Shown one piece after another: positions 25,976 through 37,200 of a stretch of 64,000 bases of DNA. Source of the DNA: Leucoraja ocellata (lineage: Eukaryota); contig JAWMAR010000029.1 in assembly GCA_036785375.1 (NCBI GenBank), forward strand, positions 5,704,001-5,768,000, in the 5' to 3' direction. The notes under the pieces were generated by a model. That model was not told the origin of the DNA. It was given only the letters and a program-made list of their open reading frames with translations, and searched no databases. A program made the position numbers and the translations under genes. Each line of letters begins with the position of its first letter. The first letter of the stretch is position 1.

Positions 25976-27620
25976 ATTCTTTTGCGCTGCAAACAATGAT
26001 CAATACAACAACCTTGATGGCATCTAAATTATGAAACAGTTCTACTTGCTATGTCTAATTATCTTTGGCTTATTTTGGCAGTTACTTAGTCGTTGAGTGG
26101 AAATGTTTGTTTAATTACTGTTGAATGTATCCTTCTACCACAATTTTACGTTAAGTCTAACTTGAAGATGTCCTATTGAAATGCTGCTACTTAAAAGTTG
26201 ATTATTTTTGTTTGGGTCCTTTTCAGAAATTGAAAATAATTTGTATCAGAAGTATTTGTACATTCAGCTGCTGACTTAATTTAATTGCTGGATTTCTGAA
26301 AAATATGGATTTTAATTTGGATCATTCTATTTACCCTCCAATATGCTTTTGGATTGATAAAGTGGAAGAATTATTTCAAACCATTAACAAAAATAGTAAT
26401 AGGCAAGGATATTAAATTTTATGAATCACAATTGAATCTATATATTTCACCTTTTATTGCTGTGATTTTGATTCTTTTGCCTGAGTATGGAATTGTGAGA
26501 TGTTTGCACTGCCAACAGTCATGTATTTGCGTCTGAATATTAGCTGCGCCACACCTCCAGAAAAGAGTGTTTTGCATTTGCTACATCCGCTGCTGTATTG
26601 ATGATGCACTGAACGAAAGGATATAGGTTTTTCCTATTGTTTTGTTGCTGTAAGTGAGCTTTGACCTGACTAATAAATGCAAACCCTCAAATCCCCCAAT
26701 GTTAATCACTCTGACCTGCTCCACTCGTATTGATTTTTCTTTCTCCTTTGTGTTACGTATCGGTGATGCATCGAATCTAGTGATGGCTGCCTGGACTCCC
26801 CGAAGCACGTACAAGGAACATCAAGGGATTTAGGCACTCGTAGCGAAGGACGATCTATTGTTTTGCCATCATCTGCACTGTTGTCATACATGATAGCTTA
26901 AAGTTACAAAATACCTTCTACATAGAAAACAAATTTGAAGCACTTCTAAAACAGATAGGAGAGATTAAAAACTGCAGAGTTTCCTGAGAAGATGCTTTTA
27001 AGGGGGGTTTTTAAGGTGATAAAAGGTGGAACTCCCTGGGTTAAAGAGGACCTGACTTACAGGAATTTGACTATGCAAATTCTCCCATTCGTTTCTGAGT
27101 ACTTTTTCAATATAATAATAAAAAGTTTGGTGCTATTCATTAACATCTGGATACAGTGTATATTTCTTTCATTGAATTATGTATTATGGTGAATGTTCGT
27201 TGAAATGGGGGAATCATTGGATGTATAAGTAGATCGAGATTTTATGGGTAGCTGTAGAAAACGGACACTTCTGATTTATGCCTTGTGGGCAGCTCTCGGG
27301 AATGGTATTGATATGTATCCCGGGGACTGCCAGTGGTTTAGAATTGGAGCTACAGATGTACAGATACAGAGAATGGAAAGGTGTCTTGCATTGGAAATGC
27401 ATTGGAGAGTCTAAATAGATGATGGGAAGTAGATAAATAATTCCTGATGGTAGGGTGAGGTGATGGGCAGATTGATTTCAAGCTGTGAATTAAAAAAATT
27501 GGCAGTTGACAATGTTTCAGTGCACATCAAAGGAAACGGAATACTTTATTATCACATGTGACGAGGCACAGTGAGATTCTTTGCTTGCATACACAATGTA
27601 TTCAAATAGCGTCCATATAT

Positions 27621-27932
27621 GGTGGCGCGGCGGTAGATTTGTTGCCTTACAGCGAATGCAGTGCTGGAGACCCGGGTCTGTCTGTACGGAGTTTGTACGT
27701 TCTTCCCGTGACCTGCGTGGGTTTTCTCTATGATCTTTGGTGTGTCCCCCCCCCCCCCCCCCACACACACTCCAAAGACGTACAGGTTTGTAGGTTAATT
27801 GGCTTGGTAAATGTAAAAAATTGTCCCTAGTGGGTGTAGGATGGTGTTAATGTGCAGGGATCGCTGGTCAGCGCGGAACCGGTGGGTCGAAGGACCTGTT
27901 TCCGCGCTGTATCTCTAAACTGAAGTAAACTA
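27621..27932 (+). mobile_element. HE1-like V-SINE (tRNA head, V domain, CR1-type tail)
   Basis: ggtggcgcggcggtag A-box head, gagtttgtacgttcttcccgtgacctgcgtgggtttt V domain, gaaggacctgtttccgcgctgtatctctaaact tail. Confidence 0.85.
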
Positions 27933-29553
27933 CGGCGCTGACAAAGTTACAAAGCACGCCGGCTCCCCCTTTTGTGTCCATCCCCCAAAAGGCAGTGACC
28001 CCACGCGGGGTAATTGTCATTTCCCCCCACCCACCACCTATTGTCCAATGCTTTCCCCCTGCTCATGGCGGTCCATCCATGCCAGGCCCTCCATTGTTCT
28101 TCCCCTCCACTCAAACCACAAGCCATCGCCTTCGCCAAGAGGTATTTTGTGACCCAGTGTAACCTGCTTTTCCAGGCAGTATAAAAGTAACTAATAGAAT
28201 TTCATGGTATATATGTTGTTCATTCATGAGGCAAGTGGGATTTAGGTTTAAATATCTGGATATTACTCTAGCAGGGTTGAATTTACACACGTTTGGTTTC
28301 CTTTGAGTATGGTGTTTCATACTAAACTATTACATAATGCTGTTTCATACTAATCTTTTCCAGAAAAGAGTATTGGAGCTTTTGAATATGTGCAGTGAAG
28401 ATTAACTTGAATGTTATCAGAAACAATAGATTATGATGACGAAATGCTTGCACCATTCAGACTTTTTGCACCAAATAAATTTACGGGGATCAATTTCAAA
28501 TTGTTTTATAAATTGGAAACAAGGTATATTTATTCTTTCATCACAAGAAGAACAAACAGGAAAGAAAAAAAATTAGCATCGAAAAAAGATATATGACTGA
28601 GTTTGAGAATCCAGTATAGGGAGAGACAGTCTGCAGTGAGAAAGTGGAGAAAATCTGGATGAATGTAGGATTGGTGTAGAATGAGTGGTTGATTTTCGGT
28701 GTGACCCAATGGACTGAAAGACCTGTTTTGTTGCTTTTTCTGTCTCTCGCTTACTTGGAGCTGAGAAGGCCATTCATCACAATGGCAGTTCAAATACAGA
28801 CTATAACGTGATTTAGGAGCAATTGAATAAATGAAAAACATGTTTTAAATTATGTTAGGTAAGGTGCAAGAATAAGGGTGGGTAGCTTGCATTTAAGAAT
28901 ATCAGCACCAAAATGAGCTTGTTTATAGAAGGTGGGTAGTTGAAAACAATAATTTTGTCCTTTTCTTTAACAATATATAGATATTGAGAGCTTGACAAAG
29001 TTATATATTAAGAGGAATATGTCCAGATCTTTAGTCCTTATATTAAAAAATACCTGTCATTGTGTTGTCACCTAGTGTAAATAAATGTTTCTGTGAAGAA
29101 TAAGATTAGACACCAAATACAAAAGACAATGATAGAAAGGCAATTCCTTTCCTCTTAACCTAAAGACAGTTTAAGAATTTAAGATTTATGATTCTTTGCT
29201 TAAAGGAAGAATTCAGCATTTTTGGTGATGAAAATCTTTGAATGAGATATATTAAGCGATGTTTCATCCAAGCCTTGTTTATAGATTCACTTCTTCAAAT
29301 CAACTCTTCACATTCAAACAATGACATAAAGCACATGTTGATGCTTCATCGTGCCCCTGGTGGAATACATTTACCAATTTAAGAATGTTCCCTGCAATTT
29401 CAACTATTTTCTATTATGTGAAGCACTTCGGAAATTTCTTAGAATAATCACGAGATACAATGCAGATTATATTTATTTTCTTACTTGTGCTGAAAATAAA
29501 ACTGGTTTGAGAATTATTTTAAACTAGCTTAGGTCAAACACTGAAGTTGTGAC

Positions 29554-29770
29554 GTAGAAACAAGGAACTGCAAATGTTTTACAAAAGGCACAAAGTGCTG
29601 GAGTAACTCAGCAGGTCAGACAGCATCTCTAGTGAACATGGATAGGTGACGTTTCGGGTCGGGACCCTTCAGACTGATCAGTCTGAAGAAGGGCACCGAC
29701 CCAAAAAGTCACCCATCCACGTTCTCCAGTGATGCTGCCTGACCTGCTGAGCCACCCAGTACTTTGTGTC
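29554..29770. mobile_element. Head-to-head pair of Penelope pLTRs with two decayed hammerheads
   Basis: Central perfect palindrome cttcagactgatcagtctgaag (29667-29688) with roughly 90-bp imperfect arms. No TSD found. Confidence 0.85.
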
Positions 29771-31568
29771 AGGCACAAAGTTTTGTTCAGACTGAAAGGT
29801 CTGAATGACAATAAAGGATACTTTGACTTTGATAAACAGCCTTTTGGAACTTGCACTGAAGAAGACAGAGAGATTAGCACCTCAGAAGCACAGCCATGTT
29901 CAAATGAAGAGAACGCAGTGACAATAGAACAGCAGCCACATTTGCCATCTTCGGACAGTTTGCATTATGAGGGTGAAACCTGCTGCTTGAGAAAAGTGGA
30001 AGAAAGTTGTGACTGGACAAGACTACTTTCTCATGGTTTTAACCCCAAATGCAAAATCAATGACAGGAACGAACTTGCATTGTTTTAACCAGGAGTATAA
30101 TCACAGATCTTCAGCAGGTTTTTACGTATTTATGTTCTGTATGTATAGTTAGATTTTTATTTTCTACAAAACCAAATTATAGAGAGATATGTCACTCCAG
30201 TGTCTCATTTCGATGAGAAGTCCAATGCATTGCTGCTATTAAACATGACATTAAGAATCCCTTGATTAGATTAACCATATTCCTACGGTCTTCAGCACAG
30301 CTTTTATTGATTGCTTAATTAAAAATACATTGACTTTCTCTGTTAGTATCTCATTTGACTGCACCACATCATGGTCAATGGCTAATAATCACCGGGTAAA
30401 ATTGTGATTATTCCATAATAATTTATTCTATTGAATGGCATAAGTAAACATCAACGTTGAGCGTCCTGCATATTGTTAGTGTTAGCAAAAGGAAGTGTTC
30501 CTGTTAGTAAAAGGAAATCTAAAGCTCAACAGAAGTATCCTCACAGGTCATCATCTGCACTACTAATTGGGCATATTGGCTGGTGATTACTTCATTACAC
30601 TCATTATTTAAAAAATATATATTGCTTACGTCCTGACCTGTCACATCAATGTTCAACACTATTTTAGAGAAAATAAGTGACTTAATCCCAGGAGTATGGT
30701 TCACTGAAATTTATTATTTATTCCTTGTGGCATTGTGGAATACTGCACTGGTTCCTAAGACCATCATGTTTGAAATGTGGAAGAACAATAACAAAATTAA
30801 TCAATTTCAAAATCAATGTTTCAGATATTGTGGTCAATAAAAAAATTCTGTAGAAGATTACACAAAAGCCCTGGAAGGTGACAGTTCATCACAGAATTGG
30901 TGTGTGGACCTCTTCTTATCAATTTAGCAATGAGAGAAATGCTTACATAGAAAATAGGTGCAGGAGGAGGCCATTTGGCCCTTCGAGCCAGCACCGCCAT
31001 TCATTGTGATCATCAATAACCTGTGCCTGCCTTCTCCCCATATCCCTTGATTCCACCAGCCCCTAGAGCCCTATCTAATCTCTTAAATCCATCCAGTGAT
31101 TTGGCCTCCACTGCCCTCTGTGGCAGGGAATTCCACAAATTCACAACTCTCTGGGTGGAAAAGTTTTTTCTCACCTCAGTTTTAAATGGCCTCCCCTTTA
31201 TTCTAAGTGGCCCCTGGTTCTGGACTCACCCAACATGGGGACATTTTTTCCTGCATCTAGCTTGTCCAGTCCTTTTATAATTTTATATGTTTCTATAAGA
31301 TTCCCCTCATCCTTCTAAACTCCAGTGAATACAAGCCTAGTCTTTTCAATCTTTCTTCATATGACAGTCCCGCCATCCCAGGGATCAATCTCGTGAACCT
31401 ACGCTGCACTGCCTCAATCACAAGGATGTCCTTCCTCAAATTAGGAGACCAAAACTGTTCACAGTACTCCAGATGTGGTCTCACCAGAGCCCTATACAAC
31501 TGCAGAAGAACCTCTCTGCTCCTATACTGAAATCCTCTTGTTATGAAGGCCAACATTCCATTAGCTTT

Positions 31569-32273
31569 GTTTAAGAGGGAACTGCAGATGCTGGAGAATC
31601 GAAGGTTACACAGAAAAGCTGGAGAAACTCAGCGGGTGCAGCAGCATCTATGGAGCGAAGGAAATAGGCAACGTTTCGGGCCGAAACCCTTCTTCAGACT
31701 GATCAGGGGTGGGGGTGGGTGGGGACAAGAAAGGGAAAAGGAGGAGTAGCCGGAAGGCTGGAGGGTGGGAGGAGACAGCAGGGGAGCTGAGGAAGGGGAG
31801 GAGACAGCAAGGACTAACAGAATTGGGAGAAGTCGATGTTCATGCCCCCGGGGTGCAGACTCCCCAAACGGAATATGAGGTGCTGTTCCTCCAATTTCCG
31901 GTGCTGCTCGCTGTGGCCATGGAGGAGACCCAGGACAGAGAGGTCGGAGGCGGAGTGGGAGGGGGAGTTGAAGTGCTGAGCCACCGGGAGGTCAGCTAGG
32001 TTATTGCGGACCGAGCGGAGGTGTTCGGCGAAACGATCGCCCAACCTCCGCTTGGTCTCACCGATATAGATCTGCTGACATCTAGAGCAGCGGACGCAAT
32101 AGATGAGGTTGGAAGAGATGCAGGTAAACCTCTGTCGCACCTGGAACGATTGCTTGGGTCCCTGAACGGAGTTGAGGGGGGAGGTAAAGGGACAAGTGTT
32201 GCATCTCCTGCGGCCGCAAGGGAAAGTGCCCGGGGAGGGGGTGGACCGAGAGGGAAGGGAAGAATTGACAAGG
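31569..32273 (-). mobile_element. Young 5'-truncated Penelope-like element (GIY-YIG endonuclease end, 3' UTR and pLTR with hammerhead), inserted in a CR1
   Basis: ORF 31814..32296(-) contains NLIYCVRCSRCQQIYIGETKRRLGDRFAEH...EQHLIFRLGSLHPGGMNIDF (GIY-YIG). 12-bp TSD tccattagcttt at 31557-31568 and 32292-32303. Confidence 0.93.
31670..31697 (-). ncRNA. Minimal hammerhead ribozyme core in Penelope pLTR
   Basis: Minus strand reads CUGAAGA-A-GGGU(UUCG)GCCC-GAAAC-GUU. Both catalytic boxes and stem II are intact, and stem III is the palindrome ACGU. Same strand as the Penelope ORF. Confidence 0.75.
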
Positions 32274-32595
32274 GATGTGGTCTCACCAGAGTCCATTAGC
32301 TTTCTTCACTACCTGCTGTACCTGCACGCCAACTTTCAATGACCGGTGTACAAGGACACCCAGGTCTCGCTGTACCTCCCCCTTACCTACCCTAACCCCA
32401 TTGAGATAATCTGCCCCCTTGTTTTTGCCACCAAAGTGGATAACCTCACATTTATCTATATTATACTACATCTGCCCACACACTCAACCTGTCCAGGTCA
32501 CCCTGCAACCTCCTAACATCCTCTTCACAGTTCACACTGCTACCCAGCTTTGTGTCATCTGCAAACTTGCTAGTGTTGCTCCTAATTCCCTCTTC

Positions 32596-34202
32596 CATTG
32601 AGAAAGTATTCAGACCCCTTCACTTTTTCCACATTTTGTTACGTTACAGCCATATTCTAAAATTGATTAAATTATTATTTTTTTTAATCAGCAATCTACA
32701 CACAATAAAAAAGTGAAAACAGGTGTTTAGAAATTTTTGCAAGATAATTAAAAATAAATAACTGAAATATCACATTTACATAAGTATTCAGACCCTTTAC
32801 TCAGTACTTTATTGAGGCACCTTTGGCAGCGATTACACCATCAAGTCTTCTTGGGTATCACGCTACAAGCTTGGCACACCTGTATTTGGGTAATTTATCC
32901 CATTCTTCTCTGCAGATCCTCTCAAGCTCTGTCAGGTTGGATGGGGAGTGTCGATGCACAGCTATTTTCAGATCCCTCCAGAGATGTTCGATCGGGTTCA
33001 AGTCCGGGCTCTGGCCGGGCCACTTACGGACATTCACAGACTTGCCACAAAGCCACTCTTGCGTTGTCTTGGACGTGAGCTTTAGGTCGTTGTCCTGTTG
33101 GAAGGTGAACGTCTGCCCCAGTCCGAGGTCCTGAAAGTTCTGGAGCAGGTTTTCATCAAGGATCTCTCTATACTTTGCTCCGTTCATCATTACCTCGATT
33201 CTGACTGGTCTCCCAGTTCCTACCGCTGAAAAACATCCCTACAGCATGATGCTGCCACCACCATGCATCACCGTAGATATGATATTGGCCAGGTGATGAG
33301 CGGTGCCTGTTTTCCTCCAGACGTGACACTTGGCATTCAGGCCAAAGAGTACAATCTTGATTTCATCAGGGCAGGGAATCTTGTTTAGGTGCCTTTTGGC
33401 AAACTCCAAGCAGGCTGTCATGTGCCTTTAACTGAGGAGTGGCTTCTGTCTGGCCACTCTACAATAAAGGCCTGATTGGTGGAGTGCTGCAGATATAGTT
33501 GTCCTTCTGGAAGTTTCTCCCATCTCCACAGAGGAACTCTGGAGCTCTGTCAGAGTGACCATCGGGTTCTTGATCACCTCCCTGAATATGTTAGTAAGTC
33601 TCTATCCTAAGGCCCTTCTCCCCCCGATTGCTCAGTTTGGCCAGGCTCTATGAAGAGTCCTGGTGGTTTCAAACTTCTATTTAAGAATGACGGAGGCCAC
33701 TGTGCTCTTCGGGACCTGCAATGCTCCAAAAAATGTTTTCCCCAGATCTGTGTCTCAACAGAATCCTGTCTTGGAGGTCTACAGACAATTCCTTCGTCTT
33801 CATGGCTTGTTTTTTGCTCTGACATGCACTGTCAATGGTGGGACCTTATATAGACAGGCGTGTGCCTTTCCAAATCATGTACAATCAATTTAATTTACCA
33901 CTTGTAGACTCCTATCAAGTTGTAGAAACATCTCAAGGATAATCAATGGAAACACGATGCACCAAAGCTCAATTTTGAGAGTCGCAGCAAAGGGTCTGAA
34001 TACTTATGTAAATGTGATATTTCAGTTATTTATTTTTAATTATTTTGCAATAATTACTAAACACCTGTTTTCGCTTTTATATTATGAGGTATTATGTGTA
34101 GATTGATGATAAAAACAAATGACTAACCCATTTTAGAATAAGGCTGTAATGTAACAAAATGTGGAAAAAGTGAAGGGGTCTGAATACTTTCTCAATGCAC
34201 TG
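32596..34202 (-). mobile_element. Tc1/mariner DNA transposon of IR/DR type, non-functional copy
   Basis: About 200-bp TIRs (cattgagaaagtattcagaccccttcac... / ...gtgaaggggtctgaatactttctcaatgcactg followed by TA at 34203-34204). Inner direct repeat agtattcagaccc. The left end lacks the terminal CAGTG. Confidence 0.95.
32801..33803 (-). pseudogene. Tc1 DD34E-type transposase pseudogene
   Basis: MKTKELSVDLQDRI start; motifs DEIKI, HGGGSIML, FQQDND, SPDLNPIEHLW, AAKGASIKY*. Contains frameshifts and stops. Confidence 0.92.
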
Positions 34203-37200
34203 TAGATAGATTATTTTTAGAAAATGTGCCTCATTATTTTTCCTTTCATGTTTAATATTCTTTCCTCAGACAAATCACCAATCAACGGCATGTGATGTTT
34301 CTAGGATGTCTAGTAAAAACTATCTTGAGCATGTTGATGTGTAATAGCAAAAAATAATTTGCTCTGTAATTCTCACAGAGTGAGTGTCTAACCTCTGCTC
34401 AACACCTCCACCTGATGGTATATTTGAGATGAGTACTTGGTAAATCAATGAAGTGAAACCTCAAACCAAAATTTCTCTCGTATTGAATTTATGTCATATT
34501 TGATTGTGACGTGGATCATTTAGAATAGGTGGCAACTCCTCGTGGTCATTTTAATTCTCCAAGTTCTGTCCTAGCCTACTTGCACGGTTTACAATCAAAT
34601 TTCATAAATTCAGAACCGTGTATTTGCTAATCTATCAGGTAGGCACAAGAGACTGCAGAACAGCAGACTGAAGAGGAGCCTTGACCTAAAACGCCACCTA
34701 TCCATATTCTTCAGAGATGCTGCCTGATCCTCTGAGTTACACCGGCACTTCGCTGGAGTTTTGTGTATTATTTTGTGCATTTGTTTTGCGCACTTGTTTT
34801 GCGTATGAATCAGCATCTGCAGTTCTTTGTTTCTGCCAATGTTAGATTCTGGAGTAAAACATTGGAGAGCTGCTGGAGGAACTCAGCAGGTCAGGCAAAA
34901 GCTGTGGAGGGAAGTAGATAGTCCGCCCTTCATCGATAACCAGGGGAATAAATGCTAGCTAATCGCAGTTGATTTGTCTGGAGCAAAATAAATAGTGAGA
35001 AGAATGAGAGCAGTTAAATAAAAGATTAAATAAGACTCGGGAACAATGGAAAGCAGGTTGCAGCGGTCTGAAGGAGAATGCTGGTAATATGTGACAGATT
35101 GGGTCATGTCTGTGGATTGAGTAAGATTGTTTATCTTACAGGTCAGAGATAGATACAGCACGGAAACAGGACCTCAGATTTCATGCTGCTCATCAACCAC
35201 CTGTTTATACTAATCCTACATTAATCCCATTTTGTTTTATCCGTCCCACATTTTCATCAACTTCCTTCCGATTCCACACCTCGCTTGAACACAAGAGTCA
35301 ATTGACATGACAACCTGCATGTTTTTAGGATATCAGAGGAAACCGGTGCATCCAGGGCAAATCCATGCAGAACATGCAAACTCAGTAGCGTCCGAGGTCG
35401 GAATCGAACCCGGGTCTCTGGTGATGTCAAGCAGGGCTCTACCTAGCTGCACCACTAACCCCCTGCCCCTCACCTCCCCCCCCCTCTTCCCCCCACCCGT
35501 CCCCCCCCCCCACAGAGGATGACCTTGTATTAGAACTGTGTTACCTCTGAAGCAAATATGGAAACTGATGATCTGAAATCACTGAATTCAAATATTGAGT
35601 ACCATGGAATACAATGTACCTAAATGGAAGAGGAAGTGCTGTTCATGGAGCTTTGGTGGAACAGTCTCGGTGGCCTAAGACAGTTTGGAATGGTAATGGG
35701 AGCCAATGGTCTCCATTGTGAACTGAATGGAGACATCCTGCAAATTCGTCACCCAATTTAGTGTGGACCACGTTGTGAGCATTGAATGCAGCACACTAAA
35801 TTGGACAATGTGCAAGCGAGTCACAACTTCACCTGGTGGGCTCTTGTATGTGGGAGGTTATGACATTGAAGAGTAGGTGTTGCATCTCCTGAAACTTGTC
35901 ATATCCAAATTGACAACTTGAAGAAGGCTGCTGTAGCTAACTGTCTCTGCTTCTGAAATATTTCTCCAAGAATATAATACAGACCAGGAGCACAGGATCA
36001 CCTGTATGTCCCTGGAGTGTCCATATGTTTAAAAACATATATAGCTATCACTTAATGGAAAAGACAAGGTGGCTGCTTAAATTGCACACGTGGTGATTTA
36101 ATGCCATGCCAGCTTGTTGCACTTCATGTAATTTGTGAGTGAACAGTGCGATTTGTTTGATGTACAGTGCCTGGAAAAGCAATTGCCTTAAGAATTGCAG
36201 TAACAAGTGAAAGGGAGGAAGAGGAGCTGGTTGCAGTCCAACAGATGTTTGAACTACACCAAGATTGTGCCATTTTATTTCACTTATGTTGTATAATGAC
36301 AACCAAGCAGCTGTATTTGGTAATATTCCAAGGACTGGTGCTTTGGGAATGTAAAGCTTTATGCTCAACAAATTAGTTTCATATATTTTGTTTCTTGTAT
36401 TCCCTTTTTTTCCCTGAAGGTACTGACTTGAATTGCAATCTGTTTCAATGGGCACTTACCTGGATGCTCATTCTTAATGCATCCTTTGACAGTGTGCGAG
36501 AACACCAAGGAGCTATGCCAAGTCCTGTGCAGTTTCACAACATGGTCAGAGTACAGCATCACTGAGTACATATCAAATAAAGTTTATCATCTTTTTTCCC
36601 AATCTCTTAAAAAAATTGGCCCAATGGGTTAAGATATTTGGACCCGTCTGACCGTAGTATTTGACAACATGGAGGGACAACATCAATCTGCTGATTGTTG
36701 AAAGAGCTAAACAAAAAATTGAAATTTCTCTTTTTTCCAGTAGAAAAGACTTTCTCACGTTGGCTCTGGTTAACATCCCGAGCATTATTGAGCACCAAAC
36801 ACCTGACAATTGGCTATGTGGGTTATCAAAGAAAAAACAAATTTCATGGAAAAACACAAATAAAATGCTGGATCAAAATGCTGGAAATATTCAGTGGGTC
36901 AGTCGGAATGAGGGTAGGTTATGATGAAGGGTAATCTATCTGAAATGTTAACTCTATTTTTCTCTCCATTGGTGCTATATAATATTTATTTTCAGATTTA
37001 CAGCATCTGTAGTTAATTTTTGCTTTTCCACTGAAAAGCACCTGGTTTCATTTTACCATGGGTCAGTCAGACTTGGGTACATGTGTTCATATATCAGAAA
37101 TGCCCCAGTAAATCAAGAATTTACCGTCAATATTGTGTATGCTTCACATGGTGCGGGGAGAATGAAGGAACTTAGTTCAATCAGTGGTTCGATGGCAAAA

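Larger units (their letters stand above)
30944..32595 (-). mobile_element. CR1 LINE 3' fragment interrupted by the Penelope at 31569-32273
   Basis: ORF 31293..31556 LLQLYRALVRPHLEYCEQFWSP...VQRRFTRLIPGMAGLSYEERL. KFADDTKLG motif near 32540-32570. Confidence 0.92.

Noticed and set aside
27621-27690. tRNA gene
   Set aside because: The A/B-box similarity belongs to tRNA-derived SINE heads. No complete cloverleaf.
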